64,000 nucleotides of DNA from Dehalococcoidia bacterium (GTDB taxonomy: Bacteria > Chloroflexota > Dehalococcoidia > Lucifugimonadales > UBA3495). The notes below the pieces were generated by a model. The model had not been told where the DNA came from, made no database searches, and saw only the letters and a list, made by a program, of their open reading frames with translations. The position numbers were made by a program, and so were the translations under genes. Each line of letters starts with the position of its first letter. Position 1 is the first letter of the stretch. This document shows positions 9,422 to 18,578 of this stretch, piece by piece. Location: the NCBI GenBank assembly GCA_965205495.1, contig CBDBHA010000002.1, positions 2,827,295 to 2,891,294 on the forward strand, in the 5' to 3' direction.

Positions 9422-9511
9422 CTGTCACCCCGAGCGTAGCGAGGGGCCTAAAATCCCTTCCCAACACAATCCCCAACTCTGGATTCCAGCCTCCACCACA
9501 ACTACCACGGG
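9422..9511 (+). repeat. Repeat family E, copy 1 (CTGTCACCCCGAGCGTAGCGAGGGGCCTAAAATCC...)
   Basis: Near-identical to 51857-51943. Contains the hairpin CCCC-GA-GC-GTA-GC-GA-GGGG. Confidence 0.8.
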
Positions 9512-9515
9512 GATG

Positions 9516-9761
9516 CTAGCTTTCCTTCCATCGCCGACCGCTCCCCTCCAACTCCGCTACCGACTCAACCAGCCGCAAAGCGTTGCGTGGGCTCCCCAGA
9601 AGATGTGCCGTCTCTTCCAATGCGTGGTAATCTTCCCGCGACAACATCACCACCGTCTGCCCGTTCCTCCGGGTTATAATTACTCGTGAATGGTCTTGGC
9701 ATACTCGGTCCATCGTTTCCGCCAAGTTGCTGCGGGCATAGTTACAGGTTATTGACTTCAT
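9516..9761 (-). CDS. Phd/YefM-family antitoxin (no cognate toxin gene visible)
   Basis: ARSNLAETMDRV...VIITRRNGQTVVMLSREDYHALEETAHLL is a Phd/YefM signature. Both flanks are occupied by repeats. Confidence 0.8.
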   Translation of the reverse strand: MKSITCNYARSNLAETMDRVCQDHSRVIITRRNGQTVVMLSREDYHALEETAHLLGSPRNALRLVESVAELEGSGRRWKES

Positions 9762-9838
9762 GCGGCTTCTCCAAAAAACTGTCTGGTTGACTTTTCATGA
9801 CCTAAACCCAGGCAACAATCCGCGCCAACCTCATCCCC

Positions 9839-9959
9839 CGGACAATTGCAAAGTCCCTACGAACACCTATCGTCATTCCCACGAAGGCGGTAATCCAGGT
9901 CGTACCTGGCTGGCAAGCGTCCATTTCCCTCAGAATTGCATCGTTTTACAATCGTCCTG
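9839..9959 (+). repeat. Repeat family A (MITE-like, ~122 bp), copy 1, partly decayed
   Basis: Terminal inverted repeats GGACAATTGCAAAGT...ACAATCGTCCTG. Aligns along its full length with the five other copies. Confidence 0.85.
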
Positions 9960-9996
9960 CCCTAAACCCGTCTCAGAACCGTAAAGGAAGGCCCTC

Positions 9997-11019
9997 ATGG
10001 ATTTTGGAATCTTCACCATGTTCACCACTAGGGAAGACGGCTCCCAACACGACGCCTTCCGGGATTGGTTCGACGTCGTCCACGCCGCCGAAGACTTGGG
10101 ATTAGACACTTTTTGGGTCGGCGAGTCCCACTTCCGCCCGGAACGCGCCGTCATGGCCGCGCCCCTCATCGGCGCCACCGCCATCGCCGCCCAGACCCAG
10201 CGCATCAAGGTCGGCCTCGCCGTCCAGGTCCTCCCCCTGGCCAACCCCCTCCGCATCGCCGAGGAAGCCGCCATTGTCGACCATATCAGCGAAGGCCGTC
10301 TCGTCTTTGGCGTCGGACGCAGTTCCTTCCTGGAGTCCTACCAGGGCTACAACATCAACTACTCCGAAAGCCGGGGCCGATTCGCGGAGTCCTTGGAAAT
10401 CATCCTCCAGGCCTGGGGCGACCGGCCCTTTTCCTACGACGGCGAGTTCTACCAGTTCCACGAAGTCGACCTGGTCCCCAAACCCTACCAACAGCCCCAT
10501 CCCCCGGTGCGGGTCGCCGTCGAAAGCCGCGACACTTTCGCCATGACCGGCAGCCTCGGCTTCCCCATCTTCATGCGCCACCAAATGTCCATCCCCGAGC
10601 TGCAAGACCTCTTGGCCCAGTACCAAGAAGCCCGCCACCTTGCCGGTTTCCCCGGCCCCAACGACGTCATCCTTCAGGTTGGCGCTTACGTCGCCGAAAC
10701 GGAAAAACAGGCTTACGATGACCCCCAGCCCAGCGCCATGCACCGGGTTCGAGTCATCCAGCAGCACCTCCACCAGACCGGCGACCAGGAGACCTTCGAA
10801 CGCCTTCAGGCCTCCGCCAACGTCACCTACGACCAACTCCTGGAGCGTCTGGCCGTTGGCACTCCCGACGCTGTTGCCGATAAAATCCGCTGGTACCAGG
10901 AGGAGTTGGGCATCACCGGCATCTCGCTGGACGTCAACCCCGGCGGCCAAATCCCCCACGATAAAGTCATGAACTCCCTCCGCCTCCTGGCCGAAGAAGT
11001 AATTCCCCAGTTCCGCTAG
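9997..11019 (+). CDS. LLM-class (luciferase-like) flavin/F420-dependent oxidoreductase
   Basis: FWVGESHF, GRLVFGVGRS and PKPYQQPHPPV blocks are typical of luciferase-like monooxygenases. Confidence 0.85.
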   Translation: MDFGIFTMFTTREDGSQHDAFRDWFDVVHAAEDLGLDTFWVGESHFRPERAVMAAPLIGATAIAAQTQRIKVGLAVQVLPLANPLRIAEEAAIVDHISEGRLVFGVGRSSFLESYQGYNINYSESRGRFAESLEIILQAWGDRPFSYDGEFYQFHEVDLVPKPYQQPHPPVRVAVESRDTFAMTGSLGFPIFMRHQMSIPELQDLLAQYQEARHLAGFPGPNDVILQVGAYVAETEKQAYDDPQPSAMHRVRVIQQHLHQTGDQETFERLQASANVTYDQLLERLAVGTPDAVADKIRWYQEELGITGISLDVNPGGQIPHDKVMNSLRLLAEEVIPQFR

Positions 11020-11119
11020 GCAAAAAGCCCCCACCGGCCGGCCCACTGACAAACCCCAGTTTCCAACCCCTCACCCTCTGTGGGATAATAGGCCAAGTCA
11101 ATCGATTAGGGTCTTTGCT

Positions 11120-11940
11120 CCAGCCCCGCCGGTTCAGGTACAGGTTAATATGACGGCACAAGGTACATTGGGTGAGCGCGTCAGCAGGCTTGAAGGGTCT
11201 TATGAACACCTGGCGACCAAAGCTGACATTGCCGAGGTAAAATCCGACATCGCTAGGGTAGAAGGGAAAATCGCAGGATTAGAGACAAAAATTCACAACT
11301 TTAGAATCAAGACTGCTTATCCGCCTTGGCGGGCTTATCTTGGTCGCTTCCGGGCTTGTAGTCGCCATCCTCCGCCTTTGGCCCTAAAATGGCTCCCTGG
11401 GGTCAACTTAACCGGCAAAAGTTTGTAGTTCCTGCCCCGCAGGGTCGAGTACGGGTTTAATATGACAACACAAGGAACATTGGGAGAGCGCGTCAGCAGG
11501 CTCGAAGGTTCTTACGAACATCTGGCGACCAAAGCTGATATTGCCGAACTAAAATCGACATCGCCAGGGTAGAAGCTAAAATGGCTCCCTCGGGGTAGAA
11601 GGGAAAACTCAGGGGTAGACCGGGAAAAGTTTGTAGTTCCTGCCCAGGGGTCGAGTAAAATCGACTGACTGGAATCCCGCCAAGGAACACGCGTCAGCAG
11701 GCTCGAAGGTTCTTACGAACATCTGGCGACCAAAGCTGATATTGCCGAACTAAAATCCGACATCGCCAGGGTAGAAGCCAAAATCTCGGGTGTAGAAGGG
11801 AAAATGTCAGGGGTAGATGGGAAAATCTCAGGATTGGAAGCTAAAATCGACTCCCTGGAATCCCGCCTTCTGATCCGCCTTGGCGGGCTTATTCTGGTCG
11901 CTTCCGGACTTGTAGTCGCCATCCTCCGCCTTTGGCCCTG
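11120..11940 (+). repeat. Degenerate tandem triplication of a small coiled-coil / C-terminal-TM protein gene
   Basis: Three copies of ...GTLGERVSRLEGSYEHLATKADIAE(V/L)KSDIARVE... start near 11150, 11462 and 11690. About 30 nt of upstream sequence is shared. Confidence 0.85.
11150..11428 (+). pseudogene. Copy 1 of the coiled-coil gene; C-terminal TM tail is out of frame
   Basis: Copy 1 has 43 nt where copy 3 has 42 between AAAAT and ATCCGCCTTGGC. As a result the tail LLIRLGGLILVASGLVVAILRLWP is encoded in the +1 frame. Confidence 0.5.
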
Positions 11941-11951
11941 AATGACCCAAA

Positions 11952-12548
11952 ATGTCTCAGGAATTAAAAAGTTGCAGGTGCGTTATGGCAGAGACAGTAA
12001 CCGTTAGAAATATGAGGCTGGTCAGCCCCAAGGGCCTCGACTTGGACCCGGGCAACTTTAACCTAAACCAACGGCCCACCGACCTCAGCGGCAAACGCCT
12101 GGGCCTCATGGAAAACTCCAAGGACAACTCCGACAAGCTCCTTTACGAACTTGGCGAAATTCTAAAGCAGAAGTACGACCTGGCCGAGGTCAAATACTTC
12201 AGCAAACACCACGCCTCCGTCCCCGCTAAACCCGAGGTCATCCAGAGCGTCCTCGACGAGGTGGACGTTCTCATCACCGGCGTCGGCGATTGAGGCTCCT
12301 GCAGTTCGTGCAGTGTGCACGACGGCATCGAAATGGAGAAGTTGGGAATCCCCACCGCCTCTATAGTCACCCACGTTTTCATCAACACCGCCAACGCCAT
12401 GACCAAGATGATGGGCGTTCCCGATTTCGACTACGTGGTGGCCCAGCATCCCCTCTCCAGCCTCAACGAGCAGGAGATTAAAGAACGCGCCGCCCAACTG
12501 GCCCCCGAAGTTGAGCGCATCCTCCTGGGTAGCAACGCCGATGCATGA
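11952..12548 (+). CDS. UGSC-family protein, probable selenoprotein (in-frame TGA at 12291-12293)
   Basis: Track ORFs 11952-12293 and 12315-12548 share one frame. Read-through gives GVGD-U-GSCSSCSVHDGIEMEKLGIP. The start could be ATG 11952 or ATG 11985. Confidence 0.7.
12301..12326 (+). promoter_or_regulatory. Candidate bacterial SECIS hairpin
   Basis: GC(A)G-[bulged T 12305]-TCGTGCA-GTG-TGCACGA-C(G)GC. The loop G and U lie 23 and 24 nt from the U of the UGA. Confidence 0.55.
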
Positions 12549-12609
12549 CCTCGGTTCCACCGGACCTCGTCGAAGGGCCGGTTCTGACAAACGAAAAACG
12601 GCTGGGCGG

Positions 12610-13518
12610 CTACAGCAGGTTCAAACCCGCGATGCCGCCCACCACCATCACCGTCGCCGCTAGCTTCATTCCCAGAACCCTCGCGTCCAGCGGTTCCTCC
12701 AATAGCGGAAAAGCCTTGGTACTCAGCAGCGTCCCGTAGAGGAACACGAACAGGGGCCGCGTCGCCGTCACCGTCGCCACCAACGCCACTGGCCCGAGGC
12801 TGATCGCCGCCACGTTGAACCATACTGCCAACGGTGCCAGCGCAAACTCCGCCAGGAACAAAATCAGCAGCGTCCGCCAGTCCTTGATCGCCGTCACCAG
12901 TTGACCCACCGCCCCGGGCCGCCACAGCGACCCCAACACTATCGCCATCCCGTAGTTCCGCAGCGAGAAAACAAACCAAATCGGCAGCGCGTCCAGCGCG
13001 TACTTCCCCGAGACCAGCCCGAACGCCGTAAACCCGCTGGCCGCCAACAATATGGGCAACGCCCGGTTCAAACGAATGGCCATCCCGCCTTGCGTGCCCC
13101 ACATCGATATGACGCACGCCCCCGCTACCACCACCAATATCGCCGCCCACTGTCCCCCCGTCAGGGTCTCCCCCAGAAACACCACCCCCAGAATGGCTAC
13201 CCAAACCGGAAAGGTGTGGATGATTGCCGAGGCCCGCGACGCTTCCTCCAGCTTGTACCCCCAGAACATCATCGCCAGAGCCCCGCCCCAGCACAGCCCA
13301 GACACCCCCGCCGAAACCATCGCCAGCAGCGGCGCCCCCGCCGGTATCCCGGTTACCACCAGCCCCACCGTCCCGTAAAGGAACAAAGAAAACGCCACAC
13401 CTACGTAAAACGACGACAGGCTGGGCATGTTGTACGACGCCAACCGCTTGTCCAGCACCGTGACCATTCCCAAGGTGCCGGCGCTCAACAGCGCGACCCA
13501 AATGTAAAGCAGGCTCAT
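12610..13518 (-). CDS. EamA/DMT-family transporter
   Basis: Ten-TM-like profile with two EamA-like halves (FLGETLTGGQW...). Confidence 0.85.
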   Translation of the reverse strand: MSLLYIWVALLSAGTLGMVTVLDKRLASYNMPSLSSFYVGVAFSLFLYGTVGLVVTGIPAGAPLLAMVSAGVSGLCWGGALAMMFWGYKLEEASRASAIIHTFPVWVAILGVVFLGETLTGGQWAAILVVVAGACVISMWGTQGGMAIRLNRALPILLAASGFTAFGLVSGKYALDALPIWFVFSLRNYGMAIVLGSLWRPGAVGQLVTAIKDWRTLLILFLAEFALAPLAVWFNVAAISLGPVALVATVTATRPLFVFLYGTLLSTKAFPLLEEPLDARVLGMKLAATVMVVGGIAGLNLL

Positions 13519-13861
13519 TGTCTTGCTAGAAGACGAGCAGGCGATTCCCAGTGTGCGCGGCCTTGGGCCGGTTCAAGGTCTTTCATGGGGAACCCGATTA
13601 TAGCACCGGCTTGGCAACGGGTACCTGCTTGCAAACCTTGGTCTACCCCCGCCACCCGCCGTACCACCCCCGCCACCTGTCGTTCCGGCCCCCCCGTCGT
13701 ACCCGCCCCGCCGCTAACCCGTCGTTCCGGCCTTGAGCCGGAACCCAGAAATCCCCGCCATGATTTCAGACCGACCCCACCACACCACCCCCGACATCCT
13801 TCGTTCTGGCCCCGCTAACCCGTCGTGCCCGCCCCGCTAACAGTCATACCGTCCCTCCCAA

Positions 13862-13964
13862 CTGTCATTCCGACCGTAGGGAGGAATCTAAAATCCATCG
13901 CCGCCAACCGGTTTGCCCCCGTATTCTTCGACGTAAGCTCCCCACAACGACAATTCAAAACCCC
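13862..13964 (+). repeat. Repeat family B, copy 1 (CTGTCATTCCGACCGTAGGGAGGAATCTAAAATCC...CCCCACAACGACAAT)
   Basis: Five alignable copies in the window, all on the + strand. Confidence 0.85.
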
Positions 13965-14052
13965 TGTTCCCCCAACCACCGGTCGTTGCCGCCGCCGGGG
14001 GCTGATGGTATCCTGGGTTAACCCTAGGATCCGGCGGACCGGCGCGGTGTCA

Positions 14053-15453
14053 ATGAGTTGCGGTTGCCTGCTGCCATCCCCTTTCTCGCGGCGAGCCCGG
14101 TCCGGAAGGCGCCTCTTAGCGCACTGGCCGCTGGGTTTGGCTGCTGGCGGCTTATTCCTGCTCTTGGCCCTCACCGCCTGCGGGTCCCTGCAACCCTCCC
14201 GTTGGGTATACTCGCCACCAGTGGTGGATAAAGTGACCGTTGACCGCATAACCTACGTCAATTCCGCCGGCGACATCTTCACCATCAAGGGCGACGGTAC
14301 CTCTCGCCAACGCCTCACCGGAGGCACCCGGACCGACGCCGGCCCCACCGGCTCCTTCATGGCCCAGTCCCTCGACTTTAGCAGCTTCCACGCCTGGCCT
14401 ACCTGGTCCCCCAACGGCGAGCAGTTGGCAGTGTCCAGGGTCCGGGTCTCCCAGGGCAGCAGCGCTGAAATTTCCATTCAGGTCATGGACGCCGCCACCG
14501 GCGTTTCCGATACCGTCTACGACAGCGGCTTCCCCGGACTGGTGGCTGACGGCTCTCCCCACTACCTCTACTGGTCACCAGACAACCAGACCCTTTCCTT
14601 TCTCGCTTCCACCAGCGGCGGCCTGGGCCTTTTCGTCCTCGACATCCGCTCCGGCGGCGCGCCCGTCATGCTGGAACGCGGCGCGCCCCTCTACTACAGT
14701 TGGAGCGGCGAAGGCGCCTCGTTGCTGGTCCACATCGGCGAGGAAATCAAGCTCTACCGGGAACTGTCCGACCACGCCGCCTCCGACCTGCTAGCCAGTT
14801 CCACCGGATTCCGCGTCCCCGCCTTCTCCCCCGACGGTCAATGGGTGGCCTACGTCGACGCCACCTCCGAAGGAAACGCCCTCTTTGTCGCCGAAGTCAC
14901 CAACCTCGGCCAACCGCGCCGCATTGCCGCCGTCCGCGACTTCTCCGCCTTCATGTGGTCCCCCACCGGCGCCGAATTGGCCGTGGGCGACCAGGCTGCC
15001 CCCACCAGCGGCGCCTTCGAAAGGCTCAGGATTGTCTCCGCCAGCGGCGGCGGCGAGGAAGAGCTAACCGGCCAATCCCTGCTGGCCTTCTATTGGGCCC
15101 CCGACGGTCGCCGCATCGCCTGGGTGGGCATCGACCGCGAAGACCGCAACTTCCACTGGAACGTTTCCTCAGTCTCCCCCAACACCGCTCCGGACTCTCC
15201 GGAGTTGTTTAGCTTCCACCCCACCCGCGAAGTCCTAACCATGCTCTCTTACTTCGACCAATACGCCTATTCCCACTCCCCCTGGTCCCCCGACAGCGCC
15301 CATCTGGTGGTCGCCGGCAGCGAAATCCCTCCCTTCGAGCGGCGCAACGGTCACACCCCCACCGGCGCCCGGGTCTACGTCATAGACGCCAACGGCCAGG
15401 CCCCGCCCCAGGAAATTGCCGAAGGCACCCTCGCCTTCTGGTCCTGGAACTAA
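14053..15453 (+). CDS. PD40/TolB-like beta-propeller lipoprotein
   Basis: Signal peptide with lipobox LLALTAC. Repeated W-SPDG / WSPNG / FSPDG propeller motifs. The track start 13825 runs through repeat B1, so I prefer ATG 14053 (or 14005). Confidence 0.75.
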   Translation: MSCGCLLPSPFSRRARSGRRLLAHWPLGLAAGGLFLLLALTACGSLQPSRWVYSPPVVDKVTVDRITYVNSAGDIFTIKGDGTSRQRLTGGTRTDAGPTGSFMAQSLDFSSFHAWPTWSPNGEQLAVSRVRVSQGSSAEISIQVMDAATGVSDTVYDSGFPGLVADGSPHYLYWSPDNQTLSFLASTSGGLGLFVLDIRSGGAPVMLERGAPLYYSWSGEGASLLVHIGEEIKLYRELSDHAASDLLASSTGFRVPAFSPDGQWVAYVDATSEGNALFVAEVTNLGQPRRIAAVRDFSAFMWSPTGAELAVGDQAAPTSGAFERLRIVSASGGGEEELTGQSLLAFYWAPDGRRIAWVGIDREDRNFHWNVSSVSPNTAPDSPELFSFHPTREVLTMLSYFDQYAYSHSPWSPDSAHLVVAGSEIPPFERRNGHTPTGARVYVIDANGQAPPQEIAEGTLAFWSWN

Positions 15454-16207
15454 CCCATTTTTGTCCGTTCCAGGCCAGCCCCCCGTTCGTGGTGAGCCCG
15501 TCGAACCACCCCGAACCCTTCCTTTCCTGTTCATTGTCCTGGTCACGGTCCTGTCCATCGCCTGCGCCGTCCACCCCACCCCCACTCCCACCCCACGCCC
15601 AGACCCCCGGCAAATCTTAGACCACGCCGCCGCTCAGGTTACCTCCCTGGAGTCCCTGGCCTTTGACCTGGAACACCTTTCCGGCAGTTCGCTGCTCCTC
15701 CCGGGCGTCGAGATGACCCGCGCCTACGGTGTCGCCGGTTTCCCCGACCGCTTCCGCCTTACCGTCGAAGCCCAGGCTGGTGGTACCTACCTCGAGTCCA
15801 GCGTGACCGTCGTGGACGGAAAGTCCTACATGACCAACTTCCTCACCGGCCGGTGGCAGGAAGTCCCACCGGAAATCCTCCCCTTCAACTTCTCCAACCT
15901 GGGCCAGGACCTCGCCGCCGTTTTGCAAGCCGTCCAGGACCCCACCCTGGCCGGCCAAGAGCCTCTGAACGGCCACGACACCTTCCACATCGAGGGAACC
16001 ATCAAGTCCGAAAACCTAGCCGCGTTGGTGCCCAATGCAACTCCGGGCTACGACGTGGACTTGGACCTCTGGATTGCCCGCTCCCAAGGCTGGCTCCTCC
16101 GTGCTGTTATGGACGGTCCGGTGGTCGACACCGACATCCCCGCCGCCGCCCGGTTGCTCACCCTGGACGCCATCAACCAGCCGGTGGAAATCCAAGCCCC
16201 CCGATAA
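15416..16207 (+). CDS. LppX/LprAFG-family (LprG-like) lipoprotein
   Basis: Lipobox LSIAC. The overall pattern resembles M. tuberculosis LprG (..DGKSYM...W.., ..NGHDTFHIEG.., ..LWI....). The start is uncertain and the N-terminal region overlaps a family C repeat. Confidence 0.65.
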   Translation: MPKAPSPSGPGTNPFLSVPGQPPVRGEPVEPPRTLPFLFIVLVTVLSIACAVHPTPTPTPRPDPRQILDHAAAQVTSLESLAFDLEHLSGSSLLLPGVEMTRAYGVAGFPDRFRLTVEAQAGGTYLESSVTVVDGKSYMTNFLTGRWQEVPPEILPFNFSNLGQDLAAVLQAVQDPTLAGQEPLNGHDTFHIEGTIKSENLAALVPNATPGYDVDLDLWIARSQGWLLRAVMDGPVVDTDIPAAARLLTLDAINQPVEIQAPR

Positions 16208-16216
16208 TCCTTTTCC

Positions 16217-17689
16217 ATGCGCCAGCAGGCCTCGACCCCCAATTCAACCCTGGTGCTGTCCGTGGTCTGCCTGGGCGCCCTCGTTACCGCCCTGGACCAG
16301 ACGGTGGTGGTCACCGCCCTGCCCGCCGTGATGCTCGACCTCAAAGTCCCGATAACCCAGCTTGACCGCGTCTCCTGGATAATCACCGCCTACCTGCTGG
16401 GCTACACCATCGCCATGCCCCTCATCGGCCGCTTGGCCGACGTCTACGGCTATCCCCTGGTCTACCAAACCTCCCTGATCGTCTTCACCATCGGCACCAT
16501 CCTGGTCGCTCTTTCCCCCAACCTGGAATGGATGATAGCCGCCCGCGTAGTCCAGGCCATCGGCGGCGGCGCGACCGTTCCCATCGGCATGGCCCTGGCC
16601 GCCGCATCGCTCCCTGCCGAAAAGCGTGGCCTGGCCCTGGGGCTGGTGGGCGGCGCGGCGGAGGCGGGCTCCATGCTGGGCCCCATCTACGGCGGCGCCA
16701 TCGTCGAGCTATCCAATTGGCGCTGGATATTCTGGCTCAACGTCCCCCAGGCCGCCCTGATTTTCTCCGCTCTCCTCTGGATTCCCAACCGCCCCGGCCA
16801 GAACTCGCGAGTCGACTACTGGGGCGGCCTCCTTCTGGCCGCCACCCTGTTGGTCCTGTCTCTGGCCGTGTCTCGCGGCAGCCTCTTCACCAGCTTGGCC
16901 CCCATACCATTGTCCCTGGTGGTATTGGGCCTCCTTCTGGCCGCCATCCTGGTTCTGGTGCAACACCGGGCCCCATTTCCCCTGTTACCCGCCTTTGTCT
17001 TCCGCTCCTGGGCCTTCATATCCGCCAACATCACCCAGCTTCTGGTGGGCGTCGCCTTGATAATCGCCATGGTTACCGTGCCCCTCATGGCCAACACCGT
17101 CATGGGCCAAGACCCCTTCACCGGAGCCCTGTGGCTCCTCCGCATGACCGCCGCCATCCCCGTTGGAGCGGTCTTGGGAGGTTGGGCCCTCCCCCGCGCC
17201 GGAGTCCGCCCCGTCACCATTGCCGGCCTGGCCCTAACCGCCGCCGGTCTGTTCCTGGTAAGCTCCTGGCCCATTGGCGTCCGGGAACCTCACCTTACCC
17301 TGCACCTGGTGTTGACCGGCCTCGGCTTCGGCTTGGTCATCGCCCCCATCCTGACCCGCGCCTTGGACGTCGTCTCCCAAGAACACCGGGGAACAGCGGC
17401 GGCCCTGGTCGTCGTCGCCCGAATGCTGGGCATGGCCCTGGGCCTCGCCGCCCTCTCCGCCTGGGGCGTGGAACACTTCCAGGTTTTGACCGCCGGGCTG
17501 GAACCTCCCTTCCCCCAACCCGGCGAGTCCGCTGCCTCGGCGGAAACCCGCCTGCTGGATTACAACCGCCGCTTGAACGACGCGGGTCTCGCCCTCTTCC
17601 ACAACTTTTTCCGCGTCGCCGCCTGTGTTACGCTGGTGGCGTTGGTTCCGGCCCTCTTGATGAGGCCCGGCCACCGGCAGGTTGGGTGA
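16217..17689 (+). CDS. MFS transporter, DHA2 (EmrB/QacA, 14-TM) type
   Basis: ALDQTVVVTALP, GRLADVYG and QAIGGGA motifs. Starts 9 nt after the LprG-like gene. Confidence 0.85.
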   Translation: MRQQASTPNSTLVLSVVCLGALVTALDQTVVVTALPAVMLDLKVPITQLDRVSWIITAYLLGYTIAMPLIGRLADVYGYPLVYQTSLIVFTIGTILVALSPNLEWMIAARVVQAIGGGATVPIGMALAAASLPAEKRGLALGLVGGAAEAGSMLGPIYGGAIVELSNWRWIFWLNVPQAALIFSALLWIPNRPGQNSRVDYWGGLLLAATLLVLSLAVSRGSLFTSLAPIPLSLVVLGLLLAAILVLVQHRAPFPLLPAFVFRSWAFISANITQLLVGVALIIAMVTVPLMANTVMGQDPFTGALWLLRMTAAIPVGAVLGGWALPRAGVRPVTIAGLALTAAGLFLVSSWPIGVREPHLTLHLVLTGLGFGLVIAPILTRALDVVSQEHRGTAAALVVVARMLGMALGLAALSAWGVEHFQVLTAGLEPPFPQPGESAASAETRLLDYNRRLNDAGLALFHNFFRVAACVTLVALVPALLMRPGHRQVG

Positions 17690-17693
17690 GAAA

Positions 17694-18545
17694 ATGGAGC
17701 TAAAAGAGCTGGGGGCCACCGGCGTCATGCTGCCGGAGATCGGTTTGGGCACCTGGAAATACTCCGGCGGCAGCCAGCCCCTCCAACGGGGTATCCAACT
17801 CGGCGCCTTTTTAATCGACACCGCCGAGATGTACCGCACCGAGGACCAGGTTAGCCGCGCTGTCAACGGGATTCGTGGCCGGGTGTTCATCGCCACCAAG
17901 GTCCTGGGCGGGCACCTGCGCTACGACCAGGTCCTCCGCGCCGCCGAATCCAGCCTCCGCCTCCTGGAAACCGATTACATCGACCTCTACCAGATTCATT
18001 GGCCCAACTCCAGCGTCCCAATAGCCGAGACCATGAAGGCTATGGAGGAACTGGCCAACTCGGGCATGGTCAAGTACATCGGCGTCAGCAACTTTTCGGT
18101 TCGCGAACTTCAGGAAGCCCAGCAGTCCATGACCCACCACCCCATCGTCTCTAACCAGGTCCTCTACAACCTGAAACGCCGCAAAATCGAAGCCGACCTC
18201 CTCCCCTACTGCCACCGTCAAGGCATCACCATCCTGGCCTACACTCCCCTGGCCAGCGGCGCGTTAACTTCCCCCGCAACCTCCCGGAAAGCCCGCCGGG
18301 GCCTCCGCCGCACCACCGACAAGCTGCTGGGCCGTGGCCCCCAGCAAAACGCCCTCCAGTCCATCGCCCGGGAAATGGGCAAGACCCCGGCTCAGGTCGC
18401 CCTGAACTGGTGTACTTCCCAGCCCAACGTCATTGCCATCCCCAAGTCCAACAGCGTGGCCCGCACCGAGGAAAACTGCGGCGCCTCCGGCTGGCGGCTG
18501 ACTCCCGCCCAGTTGGACCGCCTAAACCAGGCCTTTCCGCCCTAA
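17694..18545 (+). CDS. Aldo/keto reductase
   Basis: GLGTW, IDTAEMY, DLYQIHWP and IGVSNF motifs. ATG 17694 follows GGGTGAG. Confidence 0.9.
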   Translation: MELKELGATGVMLPEIGLGTWKYSGGSQPLQRGIQLGAFLIDTAEMYRTEDQVSRAVNGIRGRVFIATKVLGGHLRYDQVLRAAESSLRLLETDYIDLYQIHWPNSSVPIAETMKAMEELANSGMVKYIGVSNFSVRELQEAQQSMTHHPIVSNQVLYNLKRRKIEADLLPYCHRQGITILAYTPLASGALTSPATSRKARRGLRRTTDKLLGRGPQQNALQSIAREMGKTPAQVALNWCTSQPNVIAIPKSNSVARTEENCGASGWRLTPAQLDRLNQAFPP

Positions 18546-18578
18546 CCGTCAAACCACACCAACTGAAAGGATTCGCAC

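Noticed and set aside
12431-13501. Long antisense or alternative-frame ORFs opposite real genes. Examples: 12431-13501 (356 aa), 39002-40201 (399 aa), 24349-25479 (376 aa), 27729-28841, 32285-33322, 16528-17703, 5211-6476, 43220-44116, 10102-11052.
   Set aside because: These are typical high-GC shadow ORFs. They have Arg/Pro/Gly/Ala-dominated low-complexity products and no motifs, and each fully overlaps a gene with clear family signatures.
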